Source: a candidate division WOR-3 bacterium
Lineage (GTDB): Bacteria; Hydrothermota; Hydrothermia; UBA1063; CAJXJZ01
Reading direction: 5' to 3'
NCBI GenBank assembly: GCA_027038175.1
Contig: JALVYB010000098.1
Coordinates: forward strand, 7,606-71,605
Length of the DNA: 64,000 bases
In this document: positions 1-8,549 of the stretch, in pieces
Position numbering within the stretch: the first letter of the stretch is position 1
Layout: each line of letters opens with the position of its first letter
Notes under the pieces: model-generated
The model's input: the letters and a program-made list of their open reading frames with translations, nothing else
Told to the model about the DNA's origin: nothing
Database searches by the model: none
Translations under genes and position numbers: made by a program

Positions 1-396
1 GACGTTGAGAAAGTCCTTGTGATGGCTGTTTTGCATGAACTTGGGGAGGTTATGATTGGTGACTTGCACAGAATGACAAGAAAATACGTGGGCAACGAAT
101 ACGTGGAAAAGGGAGAGGTGAAGGCTGCTAAGGACCTTTTGTCTCTTCTGCCGGATAAGATAAAAGAAGAACTTGAGGGAGCCTATACTGAATTTATGGA
201 AAGAAGGAGTAAGGAGGCAGAGATAGTACTTTCTGCTGACAAACTGGAACTTTTGCTCTATGTGTATCTTCTTGAAAAATGGGGGCACGGAAATCTTGAT
301 GCCTTTTTCACTCACCCGGGTAACAGAGAACTTATTAAGAATGAACCTGCACGTAAGTTGTTAGAGATTATAATGGAAAGGAGGCAAAAAAAGTGA
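1..396 (+). CDS. HD-domain phosphohydrolase (YfbR-like 5'-deoxynucleotidase family), 5'-partial
   Basis: Reading frame is open from base 1 (D-V-E-K-V-L-V-M...), so the gene starts upstream of the window. Contains an HD-type motif (HELGEVMIGD). It lies immediately upstream of rpe. Confidence 0.55.
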   Translation, partial: DVEKVLVMAVLHELGEVMIGDLHRMTRKYVGNEYVEKGEVKAAKDLLSLLPDKIKEELEGAYTEFMERRSKEAEIVLSADKLELLLYVYLLEKWGHGNLDAFFTHPGNRELIKNEPARKLLEIIMERRQKK

Positions 397-1034
397 AAGT
401 GTCACCTTCAATAATCGCAGCATCCTTTCTGGATATCAGAAAAGTCGTAACTGAACTTGAAAAAAGTGAGGCAGATTTCATACATCTTGATGTAATGGAT
501 GGTGTATTTGTGGATAATTTAACCTTTGGGCCGGATATAGCAGGGGAGATTTTATCTGTTACCGGTCTTAAGGGGGACACACATCTTATGATAAAGAACC
601 CGGAGAAATACATAGATAGGTTCCTTGACACAGGAACTGAAATACTAACATTTCATATAGAGTCAGAAGGGAACAAAAGAAGCATGATACGAAAAATAAA
701 GGAAAGGGGGAAAAAGGCTGGCATTACCTTAAATCCTTCAACTCCGCTTATTGAAATTGAACCGTATCTTCCAGAGGTTGATCTTGTACTTGTAATGACA
801 GTGCACCCTGGTTTCTATGGGCAAAAGTTTAAGTCTGAGATGGTGGAGAGGCTCAAAGACCTTAATAGAATGAGAGAGGAAAGGCACCTTAATTTTTTAA
901 TAGAAGTCGATGGGGGAATAAACAGGAATACAGCCCCTCAGGTGGCTCCGTATGTAGATATTATAGTTTCAGGTTCTTTTATTTTCAAAGGCGGTAACGT
1001 TGAGGACAACATTGCGTTCTTGAAGAGACTTTGA
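393..1034 (+). CDS. rpe: ribulose-phosphate 3-epimerase
   Basis: 213 aa. The N-terminus (SPSIIAASFLDI...IHLDVMDGVFVDNLTFGP) and the C-terminal EVDGGIN motif are typical of Rpe. GTG start preceded by GGAAAGGAGG. Confidence 0.9.
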   Translation: MKVSPSIIAASFLDIRKVVTELEKSEADFIHLDVMDGVFVDNLTFGPDIAGEILSVTGLKGDTHLMIKNPEKYIDRFLDTGTEILTFHIESEGNKRSMIRKIKERGKKAGITLNPSTPLIEIEPYLPEVDLVLVMTVHPGFYGQKFKSEMVERLKDLNRMREERHLNFLIEVDGGINRNTAPQVAPYVDIIVSGSFIFKGGNVEDNIAFLKRL

Positions 1035-1048
1035 ACATGGTTTATAAT
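1020..1048 (+). promoter_or_regulatory. sigma-70-like promoter (TTGAAG-17-TATAAT) inside the rpe 3' end, upstream of rpsP
   Basis: TTGAAG at 1020-1025, a 17-nt spacer, TATAAT at 1043-1048. An RBS (AGAGGAGG) and the rpsP GTG start follow at 1082. Confidence 0.4.
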
Positions 1049-1081
1049 TTTATCACTATCAGAAGAGGAGGTTAAGGTTAA

Positions 1082-1333
1082 GTGGTTAAAATTAGATTGC
1101 AGCGAGTTGGAAAGAGAAATAGACCGCACTACAGATTGGTGGTAATTGATTCAAGAGAAGCAGTGGGCGGTAAAATTTTGGCTAATGTGGGTTCATATGA
1201 TCCATTGAAAGAGGTGATACAGATAAATATGCCAGAGGTAGAAAGATGGATATCTCTCGGAGCCCAGCTTACTCCGAGAGCCAAGGCACTCATAAAACTA
1301 TACACCAAATCCACTGAAGTGGTAAAATCCTAA
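1082..1333 (+). CDS. rpsP: 30S ribosomal protein S16
   Basis: 83 aa, [21 protein letters not shown]... matches canonical S16. GTG start with a strong SD. Confidence 0.9.
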   Translation: MVKIRLQRVGKRNRPHYRLVVIDSREAVGGKILANVGSYDPLKEVIQINMPEVERWISLGAQLTPRAKALIKLYTKSTEVVKS

Positions 1334-1347
1334 AAGGAGGTAGTAAC

Positions 1348-1587
1348 ATGGGAGAGATTAAAGATCTCATAGAGTACATCGCAAAGGAACTCGTAGACCA
1401 TCCTGATCTTGTGTCTGTAAAGGAAATACCTGGCGAAAAGACAGTCATATATGAACTCAAGGTTGGTGAAGGTGACCTCGGAAAGGTAATCGGAAAAGAG
1501 GGAAGAACAGCAAAGGCCATCAGAGCCATCATTGCAGCCGCTGCAATGAAGAAAGGCAAGAGGGCCGTCCTGGAGATACTTGAATAG
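1348..1587 (+). CDS. KH-domain RNA-binding protein (UPF0109/YlqC-like)
   Basis: 79 aa with a [17 protein letters not shown] motif. Sits in the conserved position between rpsP and rimM. Confidence 0.8.
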   Translation: MGEIKDLIEYIAKELVDHPDLVSVKEIPGEKTVIYELKVGEGDLGKVIGKEGRTAKAIRAIIAAAAMKKGKRAVLEILE

Positions 1588-2086
1588 TGAAGTATCTCTT
1601 GTTGCAGTCGCCAGAATAATAAAACCTTTTGGGCTGAGAGGTGAGGTTAAGCTTCACCTCTTAGCCGATTTAAATGACTTCCTGACTTATCCCGAATTTT
1701 TTATACGAGAGAAATTTTTCTACAAAAGGCTTGTCCTCGTTAACCTCCGTTCACGTGGCACGGTAGCACTTTTTGAAGGATATGCCTCAAGAGACGATGC
1801 AGAGTCTCTGAGGGGCAGAACTCTTTACGTGAAAGAGGAACACCTTGTTGAAAAAAACAGAGTGGATGAGTTCTACCCTTTTGAACTTGAGGGATTGGAG
1901 GTGGTTTTCAAAGAAAATATTCTGGGTATTGTGAGTAGAATGCTTGATTTTAATGGCAGATGGTACATAGAGGTTTCCGGGGAAAAGGATATACTTATAC
2001 CCTTTGTAAAACCTCTTGTAAACAGAGTTGACTGGGAAAACAAAAAAATATTTGTAGATTTACCAGAGGGCTATCTTGAATTATGA
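1580..2086 (+). CDS. rimM: 16S rRNA processing protein RimM
   Basis: 168 aa with an N-terminal [18 protein letters not shown] motif and a PRC barrel. The TTG start overlaps the stop of the KH gene. Matches the conserved rpsP-KH-rimM-trmD order. Confidence 0.85.
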   Translation: MNSEVSLVAVARIIKPFGLRGEVKLHLLADLNDFLTYPEFFIREKFFYKRLVLVNLRSRGTVALFEGYASRDDAESLRGRTLYVKEEHLVEKNRVDEFYPFELEGLEVVFKENILGIVSRMLDFNGRWYIEVSGEKDILIPFVKPLVNRVDWENKKIFVDLPEGYLEL

Positions 2087-2808
2087 AAATTACTGTTATC
2101 ACCCTGTTCCCGGAGATGTTTCGGGGCGTTTTTGAATTTGGGCCTGTAAAAATAGCGAGAGAGAAAGGGCTTGTTGATATAAATTTTTTAAATCTCAAGG
2201 ACTTTGCGGAAACTCCAAAGGACGTAGACGATTATCCCTATGGCGGTGGGGCAGGAATGGTTATTAAGCCAGAGCCTATAAAAAAATCTCTTGTGGCTGC
2301 CGGGGAGGGTGTTAGAGTACTTACAACTCCGAAAGGCCGGCCGTTTACTCAGGAGATAGCCAACACCTTATCTAAAGAAGATCATCTCATCATATTCTGT
2401 GGCAGGTATAAGGGTATTGACGAGAGAGTGAGAGATATGTTCGATTATGAGATTTCAATAGGCGATTATGTGCTATCTGGAGGGGAAATTCCAGCGATGG
2501 TTATTGTTGATTCTGTTGTAAGGCTCCTTCCCGGAGCGACTTCTGATGTAACCTCTGTGTTGACTGACTCTTATCAAAGCGGAATACTATCAGAACCTCA
2601 ATATACACGACCTCGTGTATTTGAGGGAAAAGAGGTTCCTGAGGTTTTATTATCCGGGAATCATAAGGCAATAGAGCGTTTTAGAAGAAAAGAGGCGCTT
2701 AGAACGACACTGTTAAAGCGACCGGACCTTTTGTTTAAAGTCAAACTTAGTAATGAAGATTTGCGTCTAATTGTTGAAATTTTGAAAGAGGGCGGTAAAG
2801 ATAGATAA
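2083..2808 (+). CDS. trmD: tRNA (guanine37-N1)-methyltransferase
   Basis: 241 aa. [13 protein letters not shown]..., a GGGAGMV motif and an SPOUT fold. 4-bp overlap with rimM. Confidence 0.9.
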   Translation: MKITVITLFPEMFRGVFEFGPVKIAREKGLVDINFLNLKDFAETPKDVDDYPYGGGAGMVIKPEPIKKSLVAAGEGVRVLTTPKGRPFTQEIANTLSKEDHLIIFCGRYKGIDERVRDMFDYEISIGDYVLSGGEIPAMVIVDSVVRLLPGATSDVTSVLTDSYQSGILSEPQYTRPRVFEGKEVPEVLLSGNHKAIERFRRKEALRTTLLKRPDLLFKVKLSNEDLRLIVEILKEGGKDR

Positions 2809-2841
2809 GAAGAATAGAAAAGTTACAATGGGGGATTTATA

Positions 2842-3581
2842 ATGATAGATTTGTTTTCAAGTGTTAATAATATGGTGGTAGTAGATAAAGAGAAAATTGA
2901 GAAATACGAAGTTAACGAAATTATAAACAAAGTGATTTTAGGCGATGCACTTCGAGTGCTAAAGAAGTTACCATCTAGTGTGGTAGATATGGTCTTTATG
3001 GTTCCACCCTATTTTCTACAACTTCCAAGTAAAAAACTGAGACGTTGGAAAGTCAAAACAGAAGTTGATGCCGTAAATGATGATTGGGATAAATTTGGTT
3101 CATTTGAAGAATATGACAATTTCATTAAAAATATCCTAACAGAGATTAAAAGAGTAATGAAACCCAATGCTACTATTTGGGTGATTGCGACATATCACAG
3201 TATTTTTAGGATTGGTAAAATTATGCAGGATTTAGGGTTTTGGATACTCAATGATGTTCATTGGGTAAAAACAAATCCAATGCTAAATTGGTTGGGAGTT
3301 AGATTTACAAATGCAACAGAGACTTTAATCTGGGCAGTAAAAGACAAAAAAGCGAAAAAATATACCTTCAATAAAGAATGGGCAAAGAAATTTGGTATAG
3401 GAAAAGTCGGAGCAAATTTTGGGTTCTGCCAATATGCAATGGTAAAGAGCGATTAAAAGATGAAAAAGGTAAAAAATTACACTCCACTCAGAAACCAATT
3501 GAGCTTTTGAAAAGAGTTATATTAACTTCTACAAAAGAGGAAGATGTTGTTTTGGATTTCGTAGCTGGCACTGGAGGTTAA
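2842..3581 (+). pseudogene. CcrM/HinfI-family beta-class N6-adenine DNA methyltransferase, disrupted by a frameshift and premature stop, with degenerate catalytic motifs
   Basis: Two overlapping ORFs (2842..3456 and 3378..3581) together align collinearly with CcrM-type MTases (DDWDKFGSFEEYDNF, KPNATIWVIATYHSIFRIG, DLGFWILNDVHWVKTNP, FTNATETLIWA, YTFN, then FWVLPICNGKERLKDEKGKKLHSTQKPIELL). A -1 shift maps to about 3414-3423 (AAATTTTGGG). Motif IV reads VPPY rather than DPPY. Motif I reads FVAGTGG rather than FxGSGTT, and TAA follows immediately, so motifs II and III are missing. Confidence 0.7.
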
Positions 3582-3584
3582 ACT

Positions 3585-4313
3585 ATGGTTACCAAGGTTG
3601 AAGCGATAAGAAAGGTGCTTGAAGAATTTGGTGGGAAGGCAACTTGGCAACAAATTTATGATAATATTGAGAAGTATTATCCTGCTGCTAAAGCAAGTAA
3701 AGCGTGGAAGGAGGGAATAAGAGGAGTATTATATAGAGAAATAAGAAAAGGAAAAAATTTTAAAAAAATTGGGATAGGAATTTTCGCATTAAAAGAATAC
3801 GAAGAAGAACCTATGCCTAAAAAAGAAGATAAGATTAGGATGCACCCATTTATGGAGGGTATTTGTATAGAATTAGGTAACCTGCACAATTTCTTAACAT
3901 ATACTCCTGATAAAACAAATATATTTAAAGAAGGAATACCACTAAATCAAATATCCACTCTAAATGAAATACCACCTTTCACATATCCTGAAATTATTAA
4001 AGATGTTAAAAGAATTGATGTTATTTGGTTTAACAAAGGAAAATTAATTTTTCCACAAAGAGTTTTTGAAGTTGTTCATAGTTTAAATACTTTGTCAGAG
4101 GCACTTAATAGGTGTTTGCAACTTCTTCCATTTAATGTAAAGTTTTATATAATAGCTCCAAAAGAATATTCAAAAAAGTATTATTCAAAAATAGAGAAAA
4201 AACCGTATGCAGAATTTAAAAATAGATTTTTCTTTATGGATTACGATAGGATAATTGCTTTTTATGAGTATGCGGTAAAGTATGATAAACTTAAAAGAGA
4301 GGTATTAGGATGA
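3585..4313 (+). CDS. hypothetical protein with HARE-HTH/Mrr_N-like winged-helix N-terminus; candidate restriction-endonuclease-like partner
   Basis: 242 aa. The N-terminal 70 aa (VEAIRKVLEEFGGKATWQQIYDNIEKYY...KKIGIGIFALKEY) resemble the wHTH domains found on restriction enzymes. The C-terminal region carries a possible degenerate nuclease core (RIDVIWF...FEVVHS). Start follows a GGAGG RBS. The 3' end overlaps the next ORF by ATGA. Confidence 0.4.
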   Translation: MVTKVEAIRKVLEEFGGKATWQQIYDNIEKYYPAAKASKAWKEGIRGVLYREIRKGKNFKKIGIGIFALKEYEEEPMPKKEDKIRMHPFMEGICIELGNLHNFLTYTPDKTNIFKEGIPLNQISTLNEIPPFTYPEIIKDVKRIDVIWFNKGKLIFPQRVFEVVHSLNTLSEALNRCLQLLPFNVKFYIIAPKEYSKKYYSKIEKKPYAEFKNRFFFMDYDRIIAFYEYAVKYDKLKREVLG

Positions 4314-5194
4314 TAGAATATAACAAAATTAAGGAAATTCTGAATAGGCATCATTGGAATATAAAATCTGATTTACTAAGAAAGATTTCAGAAATTGATT
4401 TCAAAGTTCCATATCGCTTTAGCACCCTATCTCAAAAAGAGGTCAAGTTATATAATAAAAATCAAATCCTCCAACATCTATTACAATCTCACGAGATAAG
4501 GTTTGGAGATGCAATGGAAGAACTAATCACAGAAATTATTGAAGATTTAGGATATAGGAATCTTCCTAAAAATATCAGAAATAGTGAGGGAGAAACACTT
4601 TCTATTGACCAGTATTTTACTAATGAAAACACATATTATTTCATTGAGCAAAAAGTAAGGGATGATCATGACTCTACAAAGAAAAGAGGTCAAATAAACA
4701 ATTTTGAGAAAAAATTAGAAGTCTTAAATAACTCCCATGGCGGGAATTTGATTGGTATTATGTATTTTATAGACCCAGATTTAAGGAAGAATCAGAATTT
4801 CTATGTTGAGAAACTTAGAGAATTTTCTGATTTTTATGGTGTGGAACTTCATCTATTTTATGGTCGTGAGTTGTTTGAGTATTTCGATAGCCCTCAAGTA
4901 TGGGACGATTTAATACAGTGGCTCAAAAGATGGAAAGATGAACTGCCGGAATTACCAGAAATAAATTTTGACGAAAATCCAGAAGAAAGCTTTGAAGAAA
5001 TTAAAGAATTAGAAATCAGATACTGGAGGAAAATCCTGCAAAACGAGAAGTTATGGGACGGAAATATAATGGAAATCTTGTTTAAAGAAGGTACTACTCT
5101 AACTTTAATGTTAGACTATTTCAGACAAAAAGAAGATAAACCACATGTTAATTTAGCAAGACTACTTGAGGATAAATTGAAGGAGTATTATTAG
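4310..5194 (+). CDS. PD-(D/E)xK nuclease, type II restriction-endonuclease-like
   Basis: 294 aa with a clear E...D-x13-E-Q-K arrangement (MEELITE ... SIDQYFTNENTYYFIEQK). Translationally coupled to the upstream ORF and adjacent to the dead MTase. Confidence 0.5.
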   Translation: MIEYNKIKEILNRHHWNIKSDLLRKISEIDFKVPYRFSTLSQKEVKLYNKNQILQHLLQSHEIRFGDAMEELITEIIEDLGYRNLPKNIRNSEGETLSIDQYFTNENTYYFIEQKVRDDHDSTKKRGQINNFEKKLEVLNNSHGGNLIGIMYFIDPDLRKNQNFYVEKLREFSDFYGVELHLFYGRELFEYFDSPQVWDDLIQWLKRWKDELPELPEINFDENPEESFEEIKELEIRYWRKILQNEKLWDGNIMEILFKEGTTLTLMLDYFRQKEDKPHVNLARLLEDKLKEYY

Positions 5195-5258
5195 TCTGGT
5201 GTGTAACTTTGCAGTACATCTATGATGGTATAAAATTTAAAACTAAAGGAGGCACAAA

Positions 5259-5633
5259 ATGAGCAACGTAATGAAGGAGATTGAAAAACAGTTTATGAGG
5301 GATGATATTCCGGATTTCGGGCCTGGTGATACCATAAAGGTGTGGCTCAGAATAAAGGAGCTGAAAGAAGATCCGAAAACGAGAAAAATAGTTGAGAAGG
5401 TGAGATTGCAGCCCTTCGAGGGTGTTGTCATAAGACGCAGGGGTGGAGGTTTAAACGAAACGTTTACGGTGAGAAAGGTGACACAGGGAATAGGTATTGA
5501 GAAGATTATCCCTATACATTCACAGGTTTATGAGAAGATTGACGTAATAAGAAGAGGTAAAGTCAGAAGAGCAAGGATATACTACCTCAGAGAGAGAAGG
5601 GGTAAGGCTGCAAGGATTAAAGAAAAAAGGTAA
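5259..5633 (+). CDS. rplS: 50S ribosomal protein L19
   Basis: 124 aa. The GDTIKVWLRIKE...RLQPFEGVVI...RKVTQGIGIEKIIPIHS sequence is canonical L19. An AAAGGAGG RBS precedes the start. Confidence 0.9.
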   Translation: MSNVMKEIEKQFMRDDIPDFGPGDTIKVWLRIKELKEDPKTRKIVEKVRLQPFEGVVIRRRGGGLNETFTVRKVTQGIGIEKIIPIHSQVYEKIDVIRRGKVRRARIYYLRERRGKAARIKEKR

Positions 5634-5658
5634 GCATATTCAGAAAAGATTTTTAAAA

Positions 5659-5686
5659 AAGCCCTGCATTTGCAGGGCTTTTTTAG
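5659..5686. terminator. bidirectional rho-independent terminator
   Basis: Stem GCCCTGC / GCAGGGC (5661-5678) with an ATTT loop, flanked by an A-run and a T6 run. Sits between convergent rplS (+) and the 5718..7241 (-) gene. Confidence 0.7.
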
Positions 5687-5717
5687 TTTTATAAGACCCC
5701 ACTTAGGGGCCTTGATT

Positions 5718-7241
5718 TTATCTTAGTTTTAAAAACTTACCCTTTAATGTTCCTTTTGCAGTATGTACCAGGGCAAAATAGAGTCCATTCTTTAAACCAT
5801 GTAGTTCTGTTCTCGCTTCCCCATTGTTAAATCTAACGACTTTGTGCATGATTTTTCTGCCGGATATATCCATAATATCAAGGTTGGCATATCCATTAAT
5901 AGTGCTGGAGACCATTCTCAAGATACCATGGTTCAAAGATAATGAAAGCGATGGTGTTATTTCTTCTGCTTTTTTGTTTTCTTTAACCTGTGTGTTGTAC
6001 ATATGATCTATGAAGAATTGAGTACTGTCATATATAAAGTATATGGTGACAAGATGGCTGAAATCGTTGTGCCACAGAACATATGGAATGGCATAGTCCT
6101 GCCAGTTTCTTATTTTGGGGTGGTAATAAGGGGACGTATTGAAAATGTATGTATAGGCACCGGAGTCAGAGACCTGGACAGGTGTGTTGTTACAGTAAAT
6201 ACTGTCTCCATCCGCAATCATCTCCTGATAGTATACGTTAACATATCCACCAACACTGGCTGTATATGCAATATTAAGTCCACCGTTTGAAATATAAGTA
6301 AACCATGGAACCATATCAACGTCGTAGATACCGTCGTAATCACCGTTATATGGGTAGTCTATGTGCTTTATTGTAACCCAGTTGTCTGAAGAATAATCAA
6401 TATACAGTCTGCCGCTGTCTATATATGCAATTGCCTCAAGGCCGTACAAACTGGCCGTCCTTACCTGTGCTTTCATACTTGTATTAATTGCCTGCAGTGA
6501 TACTGTCTCCACCAGGGTATCTCCCATTGTGTCTGTGAGAACGTTATAGTAGATTTTATTAACACCTGTAGATGTATCCTGATAGGTATATGCAAAGAGG
6601 AGTCTTACAGAATCTCCATAGTCATAGGAAGAGAGACTTTGAAGTTCCCTTATTTTAGGAGAGTTTGGTGAAAGAAGCCTTGAGTAGACTATTTTCCACG
6701 TGGAGCCAAAATCTGTAGAACGCAATACACTGTATCTCGCATCAGCACCATTTTTCCATCCAAGAGCAACCAGATAAAAATACGGTACATGGTTCCCATC
6801 TTTAGCAACTGTCATATAAGCGCATTGGACTGAATCAAGGTCATTAAAGGCATCTCCTCTATCTCCAACGCTATTAAATGGGTCATTAAGTGGTTTAACA
6901 ACGAATGAAAAATAATGACTACTTGTCCCAAGAGGGGTAAAGTAGTAGAGAGTATCAGCATAGTAAATGATGTTGATTGGTTGTGGATGGGAATTAAGAT
7001 TTGTGTCAAAAGTATTATCCAGATAATTCCAGGTTGTGCCATAGTCATTGGTATAAACCACACTTTTGTAGGCTACGTTATTATCATCGTAGTATTGCAT
7101 GACAACGTACATTTCTGAGTCGGATGGTACCACGAAGTCGTATGCTATTGGCAGTGAGTCGGGTCTGGTTATTACGTGTATGTCCCTGTTCCATGCCCAC
7201 AGCATCATGGGCAGGAGTACTCCCACGATCAGCCTCTTCAT
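5718..7241 (-). CDS. secreted protein with T9SS-type C-terminal sorting domain
   Basis: 507 aa with an N-terminal signal-like hydrophobic segment. The C-terminal ~75 aa (LDIMDISGRKI...LKNGLYFALVHTAKG...KFLKLR) match the Por-secretion-tail pattern shared with two other proteins in the window. Confidence 0.55.
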   Translation of the reverse strand: MKRLIVGVLLPMMLWAWNRDIHVITRPDSLPIAYDFVVPSDSEMYVVMQYYDDNNVAYKSVVYTNDYGTTWNYLDNTFDTNLNSHPQPINIIYYADTLYYFTPLGTSSHYFSFVVKPLNDPFNSVGDRGDAFNDLDSVQCAYMTVAKDGNHVPYFYLVALGWKNGADARYSVLRSTDFGSTWKIVYSRLLSPNSPKIRELQSLSSYDYGDSVRLLFAYTYQDTSTGVNKIYYNVLTDTMGDTLVETVSLQAINTSMKAQVRTASLYGLEAIAYIDSGRLYIDYSSDNWVTIKHIDYPYNGDYDGIYDVDMVPWFTYISNGGLNIAYTASVGGYVNVYYQEMIADGDSIYCNNTPVQVSDSGAYTYIFNTSPYYHPKIRNWQDYAIPYVLWHNDFSHLVTIYFIYDSTQFFIDHMYNTQVKENKKAEEITPSLSLSLNHGILRMVSSTINGYANLDIMDISGRKIMHKVVRFNNGEARTELHGLKNGLYFALVHTAKGTLKGKFLKLR

Positions 7242-7318
7242 AAAATACCTCCTTTGGTTTTATTTGTTTATGTAAATTATAATGCTTTTGCACAATAAGT
7301 CAAAAACAAAGTGATATT

Positions 7319-7347
7319 TTGCTGAAGCGGTTATGTAACTTTATAAT
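7319..7347 (+). promoter_or_regulatory. sigma-70-like promoter TTGCTG-17-TATAAT
   Basis: TTGCTG at 7319-7324, a 17-nt spacer, TATAAT at 7342-7347. About 24 nt upstream of the 7371 ATG, with a GGGGGA RBS between them. Confidence 0.4.
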
Positions 7348-7370
7348 AACAAAAAGTACAGGGGGAAAAT

Positions 7371-8549
7371 ATGAGAGCATGGGTCTTACCTGAGTATGGT
7401 TCACGGTCTATAGTAGAAATTCCGCATTTTATAACAGAATATTTTGGTGCGGAAAGACATCCGCTTTTGAAGAACCACTCTGATTCTAAAACCCTCGATT
7501 TTCTCGGGATCAAACCTGAAAAGGAATATCTCGTGCTTTTTATCATAGATGGTCTTGGTTACCAGCTCTATAAAAAACTTAAAGATGACAATGTTATTCC
7601 GTTCCTCGCATCTCTTAAGGATGCATATCTCACAAGCACCTTTCCTTCTACCACAGCAACGGCTCTTGTAAGTTTATCTACGGGACTTGTTCCTGCAAAA
7701 CACGGTATTCTGGGATTTAAGATGTTCCTTGAAAGGCCTTATACCACAATGAATACCATATTTTATACCATCCACGGTCTTGAGACTACAAAAGTGCCAC
7801 AAGAACCTCAGGAATTTATGGCTGATTATTATATATATGAGGCTCTTGCAAGGAGTGGTGTAAGAGTGTATTCTATTTTAAAGAAGGAATTTATTGGCTC
7901 ACCATTTTCTAAGATAGTTCATGGGTATATTGAAAATTCTCCACACGTTCATGAAATCGATCTTTTAACACAGGTACCCCGGATTTTACAAAAAGCCGCT
8001 ATGAGAACTTTCATTTCTCTTTATACATCCACCCTTGATTCCCTTTCACATACGTATGGTCCTTATTCAGAGGAGGTTTTTGAATTTATGCGTGTTCTGG
8101 ATGGTCTCCTTGAAAGACTTATAGGTCCTATTCTGGACAGAATTCAAATACTTGTTACTGCAGATCATGGCCATATTGATACCTCCGGGGGAAATGCTAT
8201 AAATATATGCAATTCTGCTTCTATTTACAGAAAAATAATAGGTTTCCCCGCAGGAGAGCCGAGGGCAGTTTATCTAAGAGTGAAACACAAAAAGGAATTT
8301 TTAAGGGAAATAAAAGAAGAGTATGGAGACCTTGTGAGTGTTATGGAGGTGGAAGATGCAGAGAAAGAGGGGCTGTGGGGAGGGAAACTTGAAAACGATT
8401 ATAGAGATAGGGTTGGAGACATTGTGCTAATTCCAAAAGAAGATGCGTATATACTCTGTAAGGATGAAGCACAAGAAGTTTTAAAGATGAAGGGTAGGCA
8501 TGGGGGACTTAGCATTGAAGAAATGCTTGTCCCCCTGATTTTTAATTAA
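7371..8549 (+). CDS. alkaline-phosphatase-superfamily protein (type I phosphodiesterase/nucleotide pyrophosphatase family)
   Basis: 392 aa. IIDGLGY, FPSTTATALVSLSTG...HGI and ILVTADHGH are metal-ligand motifs typical of the NPP/AlkP core. Confidence 0.65.
   Translation: MRAWVLPEYGSRSIVEIPHFITEYFGAERHPLLKNHSDSKTLDFLGIKPEKEYLVLFIIDGLGYQLYKKLKDDNVIPFLASLKDAYLTSTFPSTTATALVSLSTGLVPAKHGILGFKMFLERPYTTMNTIFYTIHGLETTKVPQEPQEFMADYYIYEALARSGVRVYSILKKEFIGSPFSKIVHGYIENSPHVHEIDLLTQVPRILQKAAMRTFISLYTSTLDSLSHTYGPYSEEVFEFMRVLDGLLERLIGPILDRIQILVTADHGHIDTSGGNAINICNSASIYRKIIGFPAGEPRAVYLRVKHKKEFLREIKEEYGDLVSVMEVEDAEKEGLWGGKLENDYRDRVGDIVLIPKEDAYILCKDEAQEVLKMKGRHGGLSIEEMLVPLIFN

Larger units (their letters stand above)
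2809..5258 (+). other. low-GC insertion (restriction-modification-like module) splitting the conserved trmD-rplS linkage
   Basis: By eye the three ORFs are about 30% GC against about 45% in the flanking trmD. rplS normally follows trmD directly. No integrase, transposase or flanking direct repeats were seen. Confidence 0.6.

Noticed and set aside
8207-8392. 61-aa Arg-rich ORF inside the alkaline-phosphatase-family gene
   Set aside because: It is an out-of-frame overlap of a confident CDS, and its low-complexity basic composition is typical of frame artefacts.
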